Below, one piece after another: positions 23,807 through 37,293 of a stretch of 64,000 bases of DNA (positions within the stretch are counted from its first letter, which is position 1; each line of letters opens with the position of its first letter). Source of the DNA: Octopus vulgaris. Its lineage: Eukaryota. Position numbers and translations under genes: made by a program. Under the pieces are notes generated by a model. It searched no databases, had not been told where the DNA came from, and saw only the letters and a list, made by a program, of their open reading frames with translations. The stretch covers positions 88,846,001 to 88,910,000 of the forward strand of contig OX597819.1 in the NCBI GenBank assembly GCA_951406725.2, in the 5' to 3' direction.

Positions 23807-25348
23807 CATATATCATTATCATCATCACCTCATTTAACATCTGTTGTCCATGCTGGCATGGGTTGGATGGTTTGATCAGGCCTGGTAAGATGAAGGGCTG
23901 CACCAGACTCCAGTCTGATTTGGCATGGTTTCTACGGCTGAATGCCCTTCCTAACGTCAACCACTCTGAGAGTGTAATGAGTGCTTTTACATGCCACCAG
24001 CACAAGTGCCAGTTGCATGACACCAGTATCTGCCGTGACTACAATTTGACTCGGCATGATGGGTCTTCTACTAAAGCACAGCATATTGACAAAGGTCTTG
24101 GTCATTTATCATTGCATGCGCGAGACCCAATGCTTGAAAGGAGCTTTTCACGTGCCATCAGCATGGATGCTAGTTATGTGATATATGCACAAACAATGGG
24201 CTTCCATGCAATTTCTGTCTTCCAAATGTACTCACAAGGTATTAGTCAACCTGGAGCTATAGTAGAAAATACTTGCCCAAGGTACCCCACAGTGGACTGA
24301 ACCTGAAATCATATGGTTTCAAAGGAAAGTTCTTAACCACACAGCTATGCCAACATGTATTCTTTTATTCTTTTACTTGTTTCAGTCTTTGACTGCAGCC
24401 ATGCTGGAGCACCACCTTTAGTCGAACAAACTGACCTCAGTACTAAGCCTAGTACTTATTCTATTAGTCTCTTTTGCCGAACGGCTAAGTTACGGGGATG
24501 TAAACACACCAGCATCGGTTGTCAAGCGATGGGGGTGGGGAACAAAGACACAAATACACACACACATATATACATGACAGGCTTCTTTCAGTTTCCATCT
24601 ACCAAATCCACTCAAAAGGCTTTGGTCGGCCCGAGGCTATAGTAGAAGACACTTGCCCAAGGTGCTATGCAGTAGAACTGAACCCAGAACCATGTGGTTG
24701 GGAAGCAAGCTTTTTACCACACAGCTATACCTACATGTATGTGTATTATTTTTTTTTATATTCCTTTTACGTATCCCTTCACAGTTTACCAGTGGCTGTA
24801 GTACAAACTAAAGGAATGAGCCCCTATACTATCTCTAAAAATTTACTACTGACAAGAATCTTGATATATCAGCTATTAAAATCAGGCCTGAAAGAAGGAT
24901 GTTGCATGAAAGCAAACATCTTCAGTGTGATAGACAGCTGTAACACTTAAAATAGTTCAGCCATGTCAGACACATGAAACAATGCCAGCGGTGGTGTTTC
25001 CATGTTTTATTTATCAAGCTCATATATATCCTTGGCACTAGGCACTTCTTCATGACAAGATGTTTCTAGACATTCAAAGGTAAATAAAGTAAGAAAGATG
25101 GGGAAAAAAAAAATCTTGAGAGTGCCAATAACATGAGTCTTTATAAATATGTTAAGGGATAATTTACTGAAAGTGATAGACAACAAATTCTTAATTTAAA
25201 TTTCTCATTTAGGAGAGGAAAACAAAAAAGAAATATCTAGTGGCAATTATTAGCAACTCTCAAATAAAAGGTGAAGTAATTTCAAGGAATTGAGAATTAA
25301 TCTCTCAAGGGAAGTAAAACCTTATTTCCATTTACAGGCAAGAGACAA

Positions 25349-25388
25349 CTAAAGACATGTTTCAACCTATTAGATCTCATCAATATAG
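25349..25388 (-). ncRNA. Degenerate minimal hammerhead motif
   Basis: Minus strand: CUAUA-UUGAUGA-GAUC-UAAUA-GGUU-GAAA-CAUG-UC-UUUAG. It has a C3U change and one stem I mismatch but a palindromic stem III and a GUC triplet. Confidence 0.5.
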
Positions 25389-27146
25389 TATAAACAACTC
25401 AACCATGCTAGATCAACTGACAGAGATTTTTACCTAAAGTATATATAAAAAAAAAGTAATGAATAATTTTTGGTCAGTATAATTATCATTACAAAATGAA
25501 ATCTCTCTGAATGGTATTGTTCAGTAGCAATCTTTAATTAAACCAGTGGATTGATGGATAATAGTGACAGATAACAAGAAGCAAATACTGGTTGTCAAGA
25601 TGAATAATGTGTCAAGTGAGAAAAATATTTGTAATTTATGAACTGAAAAAAGAGCAAAAGGAGACAGCAATACAAGACAGGACCTTACATAGATAGGCAC
25701 AAGCCTGACTATGTGGTTAAGAAGCTCGCTTTGCAAAGATGTGGTTCTGGGTTTATGTCCCCGTAACTTAGCAGTTTGGCAAAACAGACCAATAGAATAA
25801 GTACTAGGCTTACAAAGAATAAGTCCTGGGGTCGATTTGCTCGACTAAAGGCAGTGCTCTAGCATGGCCGCAGTCAAATGACTGAAACAAGTAAAAGAGT
25901 ATGTGTACCTTTGTGTCTGTGTTTACCCTACCACTACTGTTTTGATAACTGGTATTGGTTTGTTTACATCCCCACAACATAACAGTTTGGCAAAAAAACA
26001 AAACTGACAGAATATGTACCTCATTTAAAAATAAGTACTGAGGTGATTTATTCAACTTCAAAGTAGTGCCCAGCATGATTACAGTTCAATGACCGAAACA
26101 AGTAAGAAATTAAAGATATATACAAATATATTTTGCACTTGTAGGCAACTAGTAGGCACAGATGTTTAACAACTATACCACACACAGAAACAAAATTAGA
26201 TCGAAAATACTAAAGAATAATACTTGCATACTCTATCAAATTTCTCACAAAAATAGAAGATTAATCATGGAAGCCAAGCTTATATTGTAACACAATGCCA
26301 AATCAAACACACAAGCAACACGCACACATCAGAAAATGTAGCTACATACATGCAAAATTTAAGTGAGAAAGCCTACATAAATTTGATCATAACAAGTCTA
26401 CAAAAATTTGACCAGTGTATAAGAAGCAACACAAATGTCAAATGTATTTCATTTCTTTATAAAAAGACTGTGAATGTCTAGAAACAAAGAACATGGATTA
26501 AGGAACTTTGTGGTTCTAGATTAATTACAATAAATTGATATGAAAGTATGAAAATAAAACTTGTAATAAAAATGATAAAACTGGAACATAGTCACGTCTT
26601 TAATGAAACGGATCAAAGTAAAGAGGATATGAATATATATTATTCTTTTGTTCTTTTACTTATTTTAATCACTTTGACTGTGGCCATGCTGGAGCACCAT
26701 AATTCTTTTTTTTTTTTTAACAGTATATCTTGAGGCAAATAAAGCTATAAATAAAAGTGTGTAAATACAGGATTAAAAAAATCTTCGGATAAAAAAAAAA
26801 AGTTATGAGGCTGCCAGTAAGGTTTGAAACCCCCCACCCCCTATCCTTTGATCCTTTGTAAACATGGGAAGTGTTCTGCCATAGGACCAAAGTAATCATT
26901 CAAATTTCTCACTCCATTTTAGAAACTTTATTCATACCATTGAGAATAGTATGTTGGTGATGCCAAAAGAATTTATACACTTCGAAGTTTATTAGTCAGT
27001 CCAGACTCCACTTATGCAGATACTCTAGTAATAATTTGAAGTAGTTTGTTATATTTGACTTAAGTTACAAATTCTAGTATTGCACACCGCTTCTTAGTGT
27101 AACATGAAATACATACACACACACAAATGTATGTATGTATATATAT

Positions 27147-27180
<34 letters not shown>

Positions 27181-27189
27181 ATAATAATG

Positions 27190-27250
<61 letters not shown>

Positions 27251-27432
27251 TAGGGAATATAATTCCAAAATTACAGGGAAAAATTCAATTTAGTAATAAA
27301 TCAAATTTCACAATATGTAATATATGTATATAAATTGGAGTAAATAAAATATAAATATATATTGTTATTTCATTATTTCTTTGTTGAATTGATAAAAGGT
27401 GGTTCTTCTCTAATTTATATACATATATACAT

Positions 27433-27463
<31 letters not shown>

Positions 27464-27612
27464 CACACACACACACATATATATATACACAATATATACA
27501 CATATATATACATACATATAATCATCATCATCATTATCATCGTTTAACGTCTGCTTTCCATGCTAGCATGGGTTGGACGAAAATATATACATATATATAT
27601 ATATATATATAG

Positions 27613-28567
27613 TACTAAGCAATTAAGGGTTTAGCAACGAATTGCCTCACCACACACCGAATTTAGAAATAGCAGTCAAAGAGTTATAGCTATTCTTTCT
27701 ACTAAAAGGAGATCTCAGTAAAAACACAGCACTTGAAAGGCAAACACAGACAGGCAAGAGAGAATGAAATGACGGCAATCTATCATACAATTTTAAGTCA
27801 CCTACGGACGTACGTTTCGAAATCAAGTTTTAGGAAAGCATAAGAATTAGATAATTCTACCTTACCCAAACTTCTTTTCTCATCAGCGTAGTATACTACA
27901 ATTATGAATAATTGTATATTAAATTTTGAGATACTAGAAGGCACCATCTCAACTCAGTGTCAGAGCGAGCTAAAGCATTACCAGTACCACGAAATTCAAA
28001 GTGAGAATGAAAGTTTGTGTCACCAGCCCCCTTCCACCCGCGTGTAGCCAAGACAAGATGCTGTGGTCATTTACTGGGATAAAATATGGTTATCAGTAAC
28101 AATAAAGGGTGAAATTAATTAATTTGGAATAATTATTCATTACACCAACTAGATTTCGGCATGTAAAAGCCTCATTCGAGGAAAATTTAAGTAATACTAA
28201 GCAATTAAGGGTTTAGCAACGAATTGCCTCACCACACACCGAATTTAGAAATAGCAGTCAAAGAGTTATAGCTATTCTTTCTACTAAAAGGGAGATCTCA
28301 GTAAAAACACAGCACTTGAAAGGCAAACACAGACAGGCAAGAGAGAATGAAATGACGGCAATCTATCATACAATTTTAAGTAGAAAGAATAGCTATAACT
28401 CTTTGACTGCTATTTCTAAATTCGGTGTGTGGTGAGGCAATTCGTTGCTAAACCCTTAATTGCTTAGTATTACTTAAATTTTCCTCGAATGAGGCTTTTA
28501 CATGCCGAAATCTACTTGGTGTAATTAATAATTATTCCAAATTAATTAATTTCACCCTTTATTGTTA

Positions 28568-28573
<6 letters not shown>
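27613..28573 (-). mobile_element. Non-coding hammerhead-bearing element (Penelope pLTR or retrozyme-like), about 1.3 monomers plus an inverted terminal copy
   Basis: Direct repeats 27613-27798 and 28195-28381 (period 582); inverted repeat 28091-28285 vs 28379-28573; (TA)n on both sides; no ORF of 60 aa or more inside. Confidence 0.8.
27802..27891 (-). ncRNA. Type I hammerhead ribozyme with intact core and GUC cleavage triplet
   Basis: Minus strand: CUACG-CUGAUGA-GAAA[long stem II]UUUC-GAAA-CGUACG-UC-CGUAG. Stem I is CUACG/CGUAG and stem III is the palindrome ACGUACGU. Confidence 0.88.
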
Positions 28574-28610
<37 letters not shown>

Positions 28611-28611
28611 C

Positions 28612-28935
28612 CATCTAGACTGACTCTTTCCCTAATTAGATGGGTTTTGACCCTCTCTATAACCTTCATTACTTGATCCAACAACTTGATACCTCTGTAA
28701 TTATTTGTATCTAAAATGTCACCTTTACCTTTGTAGCAGTTGACTATGGTGCTGCTACACCAGTCACTGGGTATAACTCCTTCATGTATCACCTGGTTGA
28801 CTATATGGGTGACTAGGCTATAACCGACACCGCCAGATATTTTGAGCATCTCTGTGGTGATTCTTGATGGGCCAGGGGCTTTCCCTGTCTTCATACCCCT
28901 AATTGCTTGATCTACCAAGGTACTGTCAATGCGAA
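28612..28935 (-). mobile_element. LINE reverse transcriptase fragment (RTE/RTE-X-like)
   Basis: MKTGKAPGPSRITTEMLK ... IPSDWCSSTIVNCYKGKGD ... NYRGIKLL match the N-terminal motifs of non-LTR RT. Confidence 0.9.
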
Positions 28936-29368
28936 GACCTGTTGAAGCAAGTGATATCGAAATTGAAATCACATTCGAATACTGGCATCCGTGGTAGTGG
29001 AGCGCTAAGAGTACCATTTGAGCATGATCGTTACCTGCGTCGCCTTACTGGCACTTGTGCTGGTGGCACGTGAAAAAAACATTCGAGCGAGGTCATTGCC
29101 AGTGCCGCTGGACTGGCTCCTGTGCAAGTGGCACATAAAAAGCAACATTTGAGTGTGGCCGTTGCCAGTACTGCCTGACTGGCCCTCGTGCCGGTGGCAC
29201 TTAAAAGCACCCACTACACTCTCGGAGTGGTTGGTGTTAGGAAGGGCATCTAGCTGTCAATCAGATTGGAGCCTGGTGCAGCCATCTGGTTTGCAAGTCC
29301 TCAGTCACATCATCTAACCCATGCTAGCATGGAAAGCAGACGTTAAACGATGATGGTGATGATGATGA
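28933..29368 (+). mobile_element. LINE 3' end or LINE-tail SINE with (GAT)n tail
   Basis: Ends ggaagggcatc ... ccatgctagcatggaaagcagacgttaaacgatgatg. The same family occurs at 20425-20630(-), 23815-24170(-), 38150-38530(+) and 47457-47716(-). Confidence 0.75.
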
Positions 29369-32089
29369 TATACGTACATATATATAAACATACATACACA
29401 CACAGATATCTACATATATGTGTGTGTACACACATGCATGTGCATGAAATCTATTCTGTCTCAAAACAGACAACTGTTACTTTAGTGAGGTTCCATCTGG
29501 ATGACATTCGCTGAAGTGTTAGGAAGATTTCAGCAAATTTATACATAACTTAATTCCTCTAGAAACCAATGAAACTACAAACTAATTATGAGACTAATTA
29601 TCACACTAATTATCAACAGAGACAGACAGTGTTGATGTGATTTGGTGAAATTAATAAATCCTAATTATTGAAATGGGAGGAAACATAATTCCGTCTCATC
29701 TGATAAACCAAATTCCTGTGTTTTATTGTGAGGTTAACTCTCTTAATCTTTTTTCTGTTTTTAGGAATAGATGATTTGACCCTGCCAAAAAAATAAAGTA
29801 AATAAATAAATGAATAATAAAAATATAAAAAAAAAAAACTGCATGAACTGTCCGTTAAAAAAGCTCAATGTCACTGCTAATATAAATTGATAATCTGTGA
29901 AATCCCAATTAAGTAATTAAATCTAGCTAATTCAGATAGAATAAAGAGAGCTGAGAGATTTTTCTTAAGTTAAAAAAAAAATTGATACTTAAGGATATTG
30001 TTCAAACAGATTAACTTCAAAGTCTACAGATATATGAGAAGGTTAATAAAAACAACATTGCACAGAGAATACCAGACAGCCTTATTACAAGTGGAGCTGA
30101 CATTGACCTTGTGTTGCATAAAGTAATAGTTTTTTTTTATATCAGTATGGGTGATACTATAGCAATCTATGCCATTACTACAGCACATCAAATTCAAATG
30201 CCTGTGCAGCTCATTATTGAACACATAAAGTGTGTGTGTGTGTGTAGACAGATATATAGGCAGATAGATAAATAGAGATATATAACTAGATAAATAAATA
30301 TGAATATAGATGTAAATACAGACAAGCAGATGTAATTATAGATATAAATACAAATAGACAGAAAGATATTTGTTGCAGTTGTTGTCTCTGGGTCAACCTG
30401 TATCGAGCTGACCTATACCCAAAAGTATTCCAGCCAAGGCCATCCTGTCAGATGAAGGATATCTAGGTATACAAATGATTCAACTCTGTCCTTCCCTTTT
30501 TAAAGATAGGTAGGGCATGATTTGACATAAACTCATGGTCATTGTTGGGAATGGGAGGAGGAGGTGGAAGGTAATTGCAATAAATGTTTAACCCTAGGTC
30601 AGTCCTGAATGACCAGACATAGATTAGTCAATCAGAGTTGACCAGGTTCTTCCAATCATGACTACCCCAGCTCTTCTTTATCAGGGATTGGCATATATCC
30701 GTTGTATCCTTCCACATTTAAGACAACAAGGTGTGATTTGAAGGAGGTTTGGCTGCTATTTCTAGGTTGAGCATCTATGTATGGGCTTATTTGTTGGCTC
30801 ATTATAGGCTGTAGTAGTCTTGGGTTGTTGTAGTTAATGAAATATATTTTATTAGTTGTAGTCGTATTCAATGCTGTTATTGTTGTAGCTGTTATTGCAT
30901 TGGTTTAGATATGGTAATTGCTCTCACTGCTGTCGAAGCCAAAATGTGATAACAGTTCATATATAACCAATATTATTGCTAATGTTGTTGTTGTTGCTGT
31001 TGTTATGTTGTAGTAATCATTGCATCTATTGCTTGTGCCGATGCAGCAGCTGTTGTGGTTGATGTCATTGCTATGGTTTTAATTGCTTCGGCTGTCGTTT
31101 CTTAATCTCTATTAAAAGACTGAGACCATTCTAGCACATCTAATTACATTTAAGTTTATGGACTAAAGTGAGAGGTGGGCCAAAGAAGGAAGCAGGTTAA
31201 TGCAGGAAGCCTCTAAGTGGTCAGTCAAACTGCTAAAAATAGCACCAAATCTCTTTCGAAATACACTATCTTTCATAAAGACAAGACGCATTAGATAATG
31301 TAATTCCAATCTCTAAAAGGAGAGAATGGTCATAGCTAAAATACCTTTGATCATAGATATACTCAATCAAGGCCAACCTAGGGCTAAACACCAACATCTA
31401 CATTTACGAGAAATTCTAATAAATGAGGTGGGTATTTTAGGTTTAAAAAAAAACAAACAGAAAAGCGTTAATACACAATAAAAAAAATCTTCAAAGTCTT
31501 TCTATATCAGGGAATACACTATAGCAATAAAAATATATAAAAAGATACTATTTTTTGACAAATATCAAAAGGTTGTATGCTATTAGCAATTAACTGAAAT
31601 ATATAAATAAATGTAATTCAAATAATATGCTTAACAAAAATATTCCAGATTTAGCAGCTAAATGGTTCTCTACATAGTCTTTCAGGCTAAAAAAATTATA
31701 AAATTATTTACAGAGTTGAAGCAGAACATTAGGCAAAATGCTTTGCAAATGTTTGTTTTTGGCACTTTATGTTCTAAGTTGAAATCCTGCTGGCTTTAAG
31801 TTTGTCTTTCATTGTTCCAGGGTTGATAAAATGAAATACCTGTTAACTACGGGAATCAATTTACTCGACCACACCTACCTCTCCCAAACTTATGGCTATT
31901 ATTATGGTATTTTGGTATGGACCAAATGTGTTGTGAAACTTATCAAGTGTTACTGGATTAAAACTTTTGCTTTTTTAAAATTGTTTTGTTAATGTAGCCA
32001 GTTGAAAAGAATCATCAGACACAGTGGTAAACGAATAACACAGGAGAGATATGTTACAAAAGACAGAGGTTTCAGGCACAGGATATAAA

Positions 32090-32760
32090 TTTATTAACAA
32101 ATCAGAAGAAAGAGTACATGACTGTCTTGCCTAAAATGGGAAAGGTTTTCACAAAAGAAGAGCACTAACTGTTCAGATTTCCAATCAAGCTTGTAGCAGT
32201 GAATGCCTGGTCTTCAGAGGGCATATAATGAGGTTACAGACTGTGTCAGTGCATAACACACTTGCCCACAGATTGTGCTGCAATGTATGGAACTGCACAA
32301 TAAGGGTTACAGCCAGAAATATTGGAACAAATGCATGCTCTTGGATAGTCATTACCTTCGCAGCACAGTATGGTTAAGTGGGGAGTGCTGGGATAAAAGA
32401 AAACAATGTGGTTGAGAAGGGTTTTTATGGACTTGCAAATCTTGATGACCTCTGAAAACTACAAAGGTATTTTAGAGCTGTATTCCATCCATTACAAAAG
32501 GCCTAGTTGTTATAAGTGTGGCAAAAAGAAAAGCCACTCAGAAACTTTCTGCCAAGAGAAATTTGAACTACCAAGAAAGAGAAAGAGTAGGGCAGCAGTA
32601 GGTGCAGAAACAATAACAGGAGAACCCAGGAACTGCTATTTTAAGAGAACCATCAGTTACAGTTCTAAGGACAGATGACAGACTCATTTCGTCCTCAGTA
32701 TCAGAAAACCAAAAGCAACACCCTACAGAAAAAGCACCCAGTACACTTTGTAATGTACTT
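32090..32760 (+). mobile_element. Decayed retroelement ORF1/gag-like relic
   Basis: RPSCYKCGKKKSHSETFC resembles a zinc knuckle (CX2CX5HX4C) in broken frames. Confidence 0.45.
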
Positions 32761-33598
32761 GGTATTAAGAAGGGCATTCAGCCATAGAAACCATGCCAAA
32801 GCAGACACTGGAGCTAAATGCAGCCCTCTGACTCATTAGATCCTGTTGAACCCATGCCCAATGTATGGTAAATGATGATGACAATGATCACACACACACA
32901 CACACATATATATATGTCTCATCTTGTCAGATGATAACTGTTGCATTTCAACTTAGTTACACTGATTTACTTTTCTTCTTGCATGTGCATGGATATCCAT
33001 CATGCTAGGACTTTATAAAATACAAATGGACCAAGAAATGAAATGATAGTGAAACATCTGTATGTTGCTGGATTTAAGAAACAAAAGCATGTACGACACC
33101 TCTGACTCTCTCAGCCACCATAAAAGGTTCCAGTGAATGCAAGTTTTATGTCAAAGTAACTTTCTCCAAGAAGGAGTTAACTTTCCCATAGTTTTGTTAA
33201 AGGTAATGGGAGCAACCTCTACCCTTGATTGAGGCGTGGTAAGAAGCTTGCTTCACATCCGCATGGTTTGGGTTCAATCCAACTGTATAGCACCTTGAGC
33301 AAGTGTCTTCTTGAATAGCCCTGGGCCGACCAAAGCCTTATAAGTGGATTTGATAGATGGACACTGAAAAAAACTCATTGTGTGTATATATGTGTGTGTG
33401 TATTTGCTCCTTCACCACCACTTGACAACCAGTGCTGGTGTGTTTGCATCCTCGTAACATGGCTGTTCAGCAAAAGATATTGCTACAATAAGTACCAGGC
33501 TTAAAAAAAAGTACTGGGATTGACATATTCGGCTAAAAAAAATTCTTCAAGGCGGTGCCCCATCATGGCAACAGTCTAATGATTGAAGCAAAAAAACA

Positions 33599-33599
33599 G

Positions 33600-33667
<68 letters not shown>

Positions 33668-33900
33668 ATGTATATATATATATATATATATATACATACA
33701 CATATATATATATATATATACACACATATATACATATATATATATACACACATATATACATATATATATATACACACATATATACATATATATATATACA
33801 CATATATACATATTTTTATATATACACATATATACACACACACACACTGATATATATATATATATATATATATCCACACATACTTATATACACATACATT
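33599..33900. repeat. (TA)n/(TG)n/(CA)n compound microsatellite
   Basis: Read directly. Confidence 0.97.
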
Positions 33901-34949
33901 TGTGAGTCGTCATGCTTGCATGCATACATACATACATATACACACACACACATGCATAATACAATATATGCATACACACGTATATATTTAATATTAGATA
34001 TGAATTCACTGCATATTATTTACCTATGTTGCTTTCTTGGCCCCCTTCCTCCCACTCACACGTCCACCACCATAACCACCATTCACCATTTCCCAAGAAT
34101 TCTATTCACAAGACAAACAAGCTACTTAGAGACGTCACGGTAGGCTGTTGAGCTGCCTGGCCCGCCAACAAACATATTATCAATACAATATTCTCTTTCC
34201 TATAAATTTCATATTAAAAAATATGATGATGATCATCATCATCATCATCAGATATGATGGACGATGGTAATGATGATGAAAGTTTTAAGGATGATGATGA
34301 TGATGATAATGATGATAACGGTGGTGGTGGTGGTAGTGGTGGTGATACTGATGATTGGTCTGTTGGTGCTTTGCTAGAGAAGATCAAAGTAAAAATAAAA
34401 TGTGGCTTCTCTTATTAATAAATGAATTGGTGTGTCCTCATGAAAGAGAGCTTATATGTGGTCTGATTGGAAAATTCTGTTTTCCAATCAAACCATATAT
34501 TCTTTATCTTTCTTTTTCTTCTTTTTTTCCTTAATATGAAATATGCTGCTATCACCATACTTTTTATATGGGCTAATCTGGCTTTTGGTGATCGAAACTA
34601 ATCATAACATCATTAGTAAACACACTGCTAGCAACAACCTCAAACTCTATTGAAAACAAATGAGTCATTTGAACCAACAAGAAGAGCCATGATAGAGTTG
34701 CTCAACTTCCAAGAAATGGCAGCTGCACATTGCTTAAATCATACAACCTTTACTTTATCAGAAATAAAAAAATAAATACAAGTCTAGTCATGGCTATGTG
34801 GTAAGAAGCATGCTTCCCAAACACATGGTTCCAGGTTCAGTCCCACGGCATGGCACCTTGGGCAAGTGTCTTCTACCATAGCCTTGGGCTGACCAAAACA
34901 TGGTGAGTGGATTTAGTAGATTTGGTAGACAGAAACTGAAAGACGCTTG

Positions 34950-34991
<42 letters not shown>

Positions 34992-35650
34992 CTGGATCAT
35001 CCCATAAATAATATGGATTTTTAAAAATATTTCTTTTATTTTTCAAAATTCAGATAAAAAGTTCATTTTTAATCTAAAATATTCTCCCCTTCATTTTCTA
35101 CAATGCTCTTCCATCTATCTGGTAGACTTGCAAGGCCCCTCTTCCAAAATTCATCTGTCCGTTCCAAAAATACTCCTCCAGTACTGTTCTGAACTCATCT
35201 ACAGAATTCATATTTTTTCCAGCTAAATGATTTTGAAGACTGCAGAATAAATGATTATCAGATGGGGCAATGTCTGACGAATACGATGGGTGGAGCATCG
35301 TTTCCCATTCAAACTGCTCCAGCCTTTGGAATGTCATCCTCATTGTATGTAGCCGAGCATTATCCTGATGGAAGAACACCTTTTGTCTTGAAACCAAAGA
35401 CAGTCATTTTTCTTCAAGCACTGCCTTAAACCGATCAAGCTGCTTGCAGTAGATCTCCTTTGTTATCATTTGGTTTGGGTTTAAAAGTTCAAAGTGGACT
35501 AAACTTTCCATATCCTACCAAACAGATAACATCTTATGCAGGTGAAGACCTTCTTTAGCCAGGAGTGCCAGTGTTTCTCCTTTCCCTACCCATGTCTTTG
35601 GTGCTTGACATTTTTACAGAGAATCCATTACTCATCACCAGTCACTATTT
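34992..35650 (-). mobile_element. Mariner (DD34D) transposase relic with 3' terminus
   Basis: Minus strand encodes IVTGDE*W, HQDNARLH and HPSYSSDIAPSDNHLF, with 34 residues between the second and third D; contains stops and frameshifts; ends at a TA tract. Confidence 0.88.
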
Positions 35651-36273
35651 GGAGCTACCCCTAAGTATCAAGCCAATTACCATTTTATTCTCCAACAATC
35701 ACTATTTTGAGTCACCTTGGATTCACCATTTGACAAGTGTGATACCTGATGTGGCCAATTGATTCTTCAGGATCTTGATCATGCACCTCTTACAGCTCAC
35801 TCACTTGGAATCAGGCAGGATACAGTGACTGGTTGCATTAGTCCAGGTTGGATGACATCTAGAGGGTTCTGACCAACCTGCATTGGCAATCCTGGGTAAG
35901 GGGATTGTTGAGCTGATGAATGCACCCTTTGGATATGTGGTACCGTCTACTTTAAAACATACTGGTACAAGCTACAGCCACTGGATTGGGACAGGGCCTC
36001 CTCCATGCCTTTGCTATAGTGAGTACACCCTCATGGTACCACCCTCATTAAAAACAAAGAAATGATTTCTTTTTGGTAAAGTAGCCTAATGCCACACAGT
36101 GAGAATGAGTCTGAAACCAAATAGTTGGGAAAAGAACTTAACCACATGACCATATAAATGATTTACCTTTCTCAGACTTTTTCTTTGTACTAGGAAAAAC
36201 GAAGACAGACACATGTGCACACACAGACACACGGATTATTTTGTATCTAATCAAAATTTGAGTATTCATGAAG

Positions 36274-36638
36274 TTTGTGTGTGTGTGTGTGTGTGTGTGT
36301 ATACATGTGTGAAGGAGCGTGTACATGTATCTGTGGGAGTGTGCATGTCTAAGTGTTGGTGCATATATGTGTGTGTGGGCACTTGTATGGGAGTGCCTGC
36401 ATGTGTATGTGTGGGATGCATGTGTGTGTAGGATGCATGTGTGTGGGATGCATGTGTGTGTGTAGGATGCATGTATGTGTGGGGGATGCATGTGTGTGTA
36501 GGGTGCATGTGTGTGTGAGAGGGTGGATCTGTGTGGGAGTTGCATGTGTGTGTGGGTAGGTGGGTAGTTGGGTCTGTGTGTGTGTGAGTGTGTGTGCACA
36601 TGTGTGTAAGTCTTAATGCACAAACAGAAGGAAGAATA

Positions 36639-36683
<45 letters not shown>
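36274..36683. repeat. TG-rich minisatellite (ggatgcatgtgtgt units) followed by (TA)n
   Basis: Read directly; about 100 bp shorter in the duplicate at 45342-45647. Confidence 0.9.
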
Positions 36684-36687
<4 letters not shown>

Positions 36688-37260
36688 GAACCTATTCATT
36701 CATGGCGGCTCATTCATTCTATCACTACCCAGCGCTTATGTCGTTCTGTCACCTGGAGGATTCCTAACAGCAAGAAAACACTGAGAAGTAACTACAACAA
36801 CAGTGCACTGAGAGTACTATTTCTTTTGTTTTTATTACCACCACATGTGTGTATGTGTATGTGTGTGTATGCATATGTCTATGTGAAAAAATGAGAAAAA
36901 GAAAAAAGAGAGAGAGAAAGCACAGGGTTAGTACTCCTATTGATTAGTGGTGTTGTAGGTGACAAAAGACATTTCTGCAAACAGTGTACTGCAGTTCACT
37001 ACTGCAGTACAGACTGCTAATTTCACCTTCAATATGTCTCTGCAACTGAATATGTTAATAAATTTTTGTTATTTGTAGCATAATTCACAGCTTGTAAATA
37101 GCATAGGGACTGCTACATGAAAGCTTGTCAATGCTACAAGCGAAATCTCAACTACCACCAACTCAAAAACTATATCACCAACAATAACGATTATGATTTC
37201 TTTTATTCGCCACAAGGGTGGCAGTTAAAAGAGACTGTACAAGAACAAATTACAAAAGCT

Positions 37261-37293
<33 letters not shown>

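Noticed and set aside
24519-24950. Recurrent peptide LLSVSVYQIHSQGFGRPEAIVEDTCPRC as a gene family
   Set aside because: It is the antisense translation of SINE family A.
33547-34143. Longest ORFs in the track (YI/HT/CV-rich, up to 186 aa)
   Set aside because: They are dinucleotide-repeat translations; the same applies to 14250-14784 and 36138-36643.
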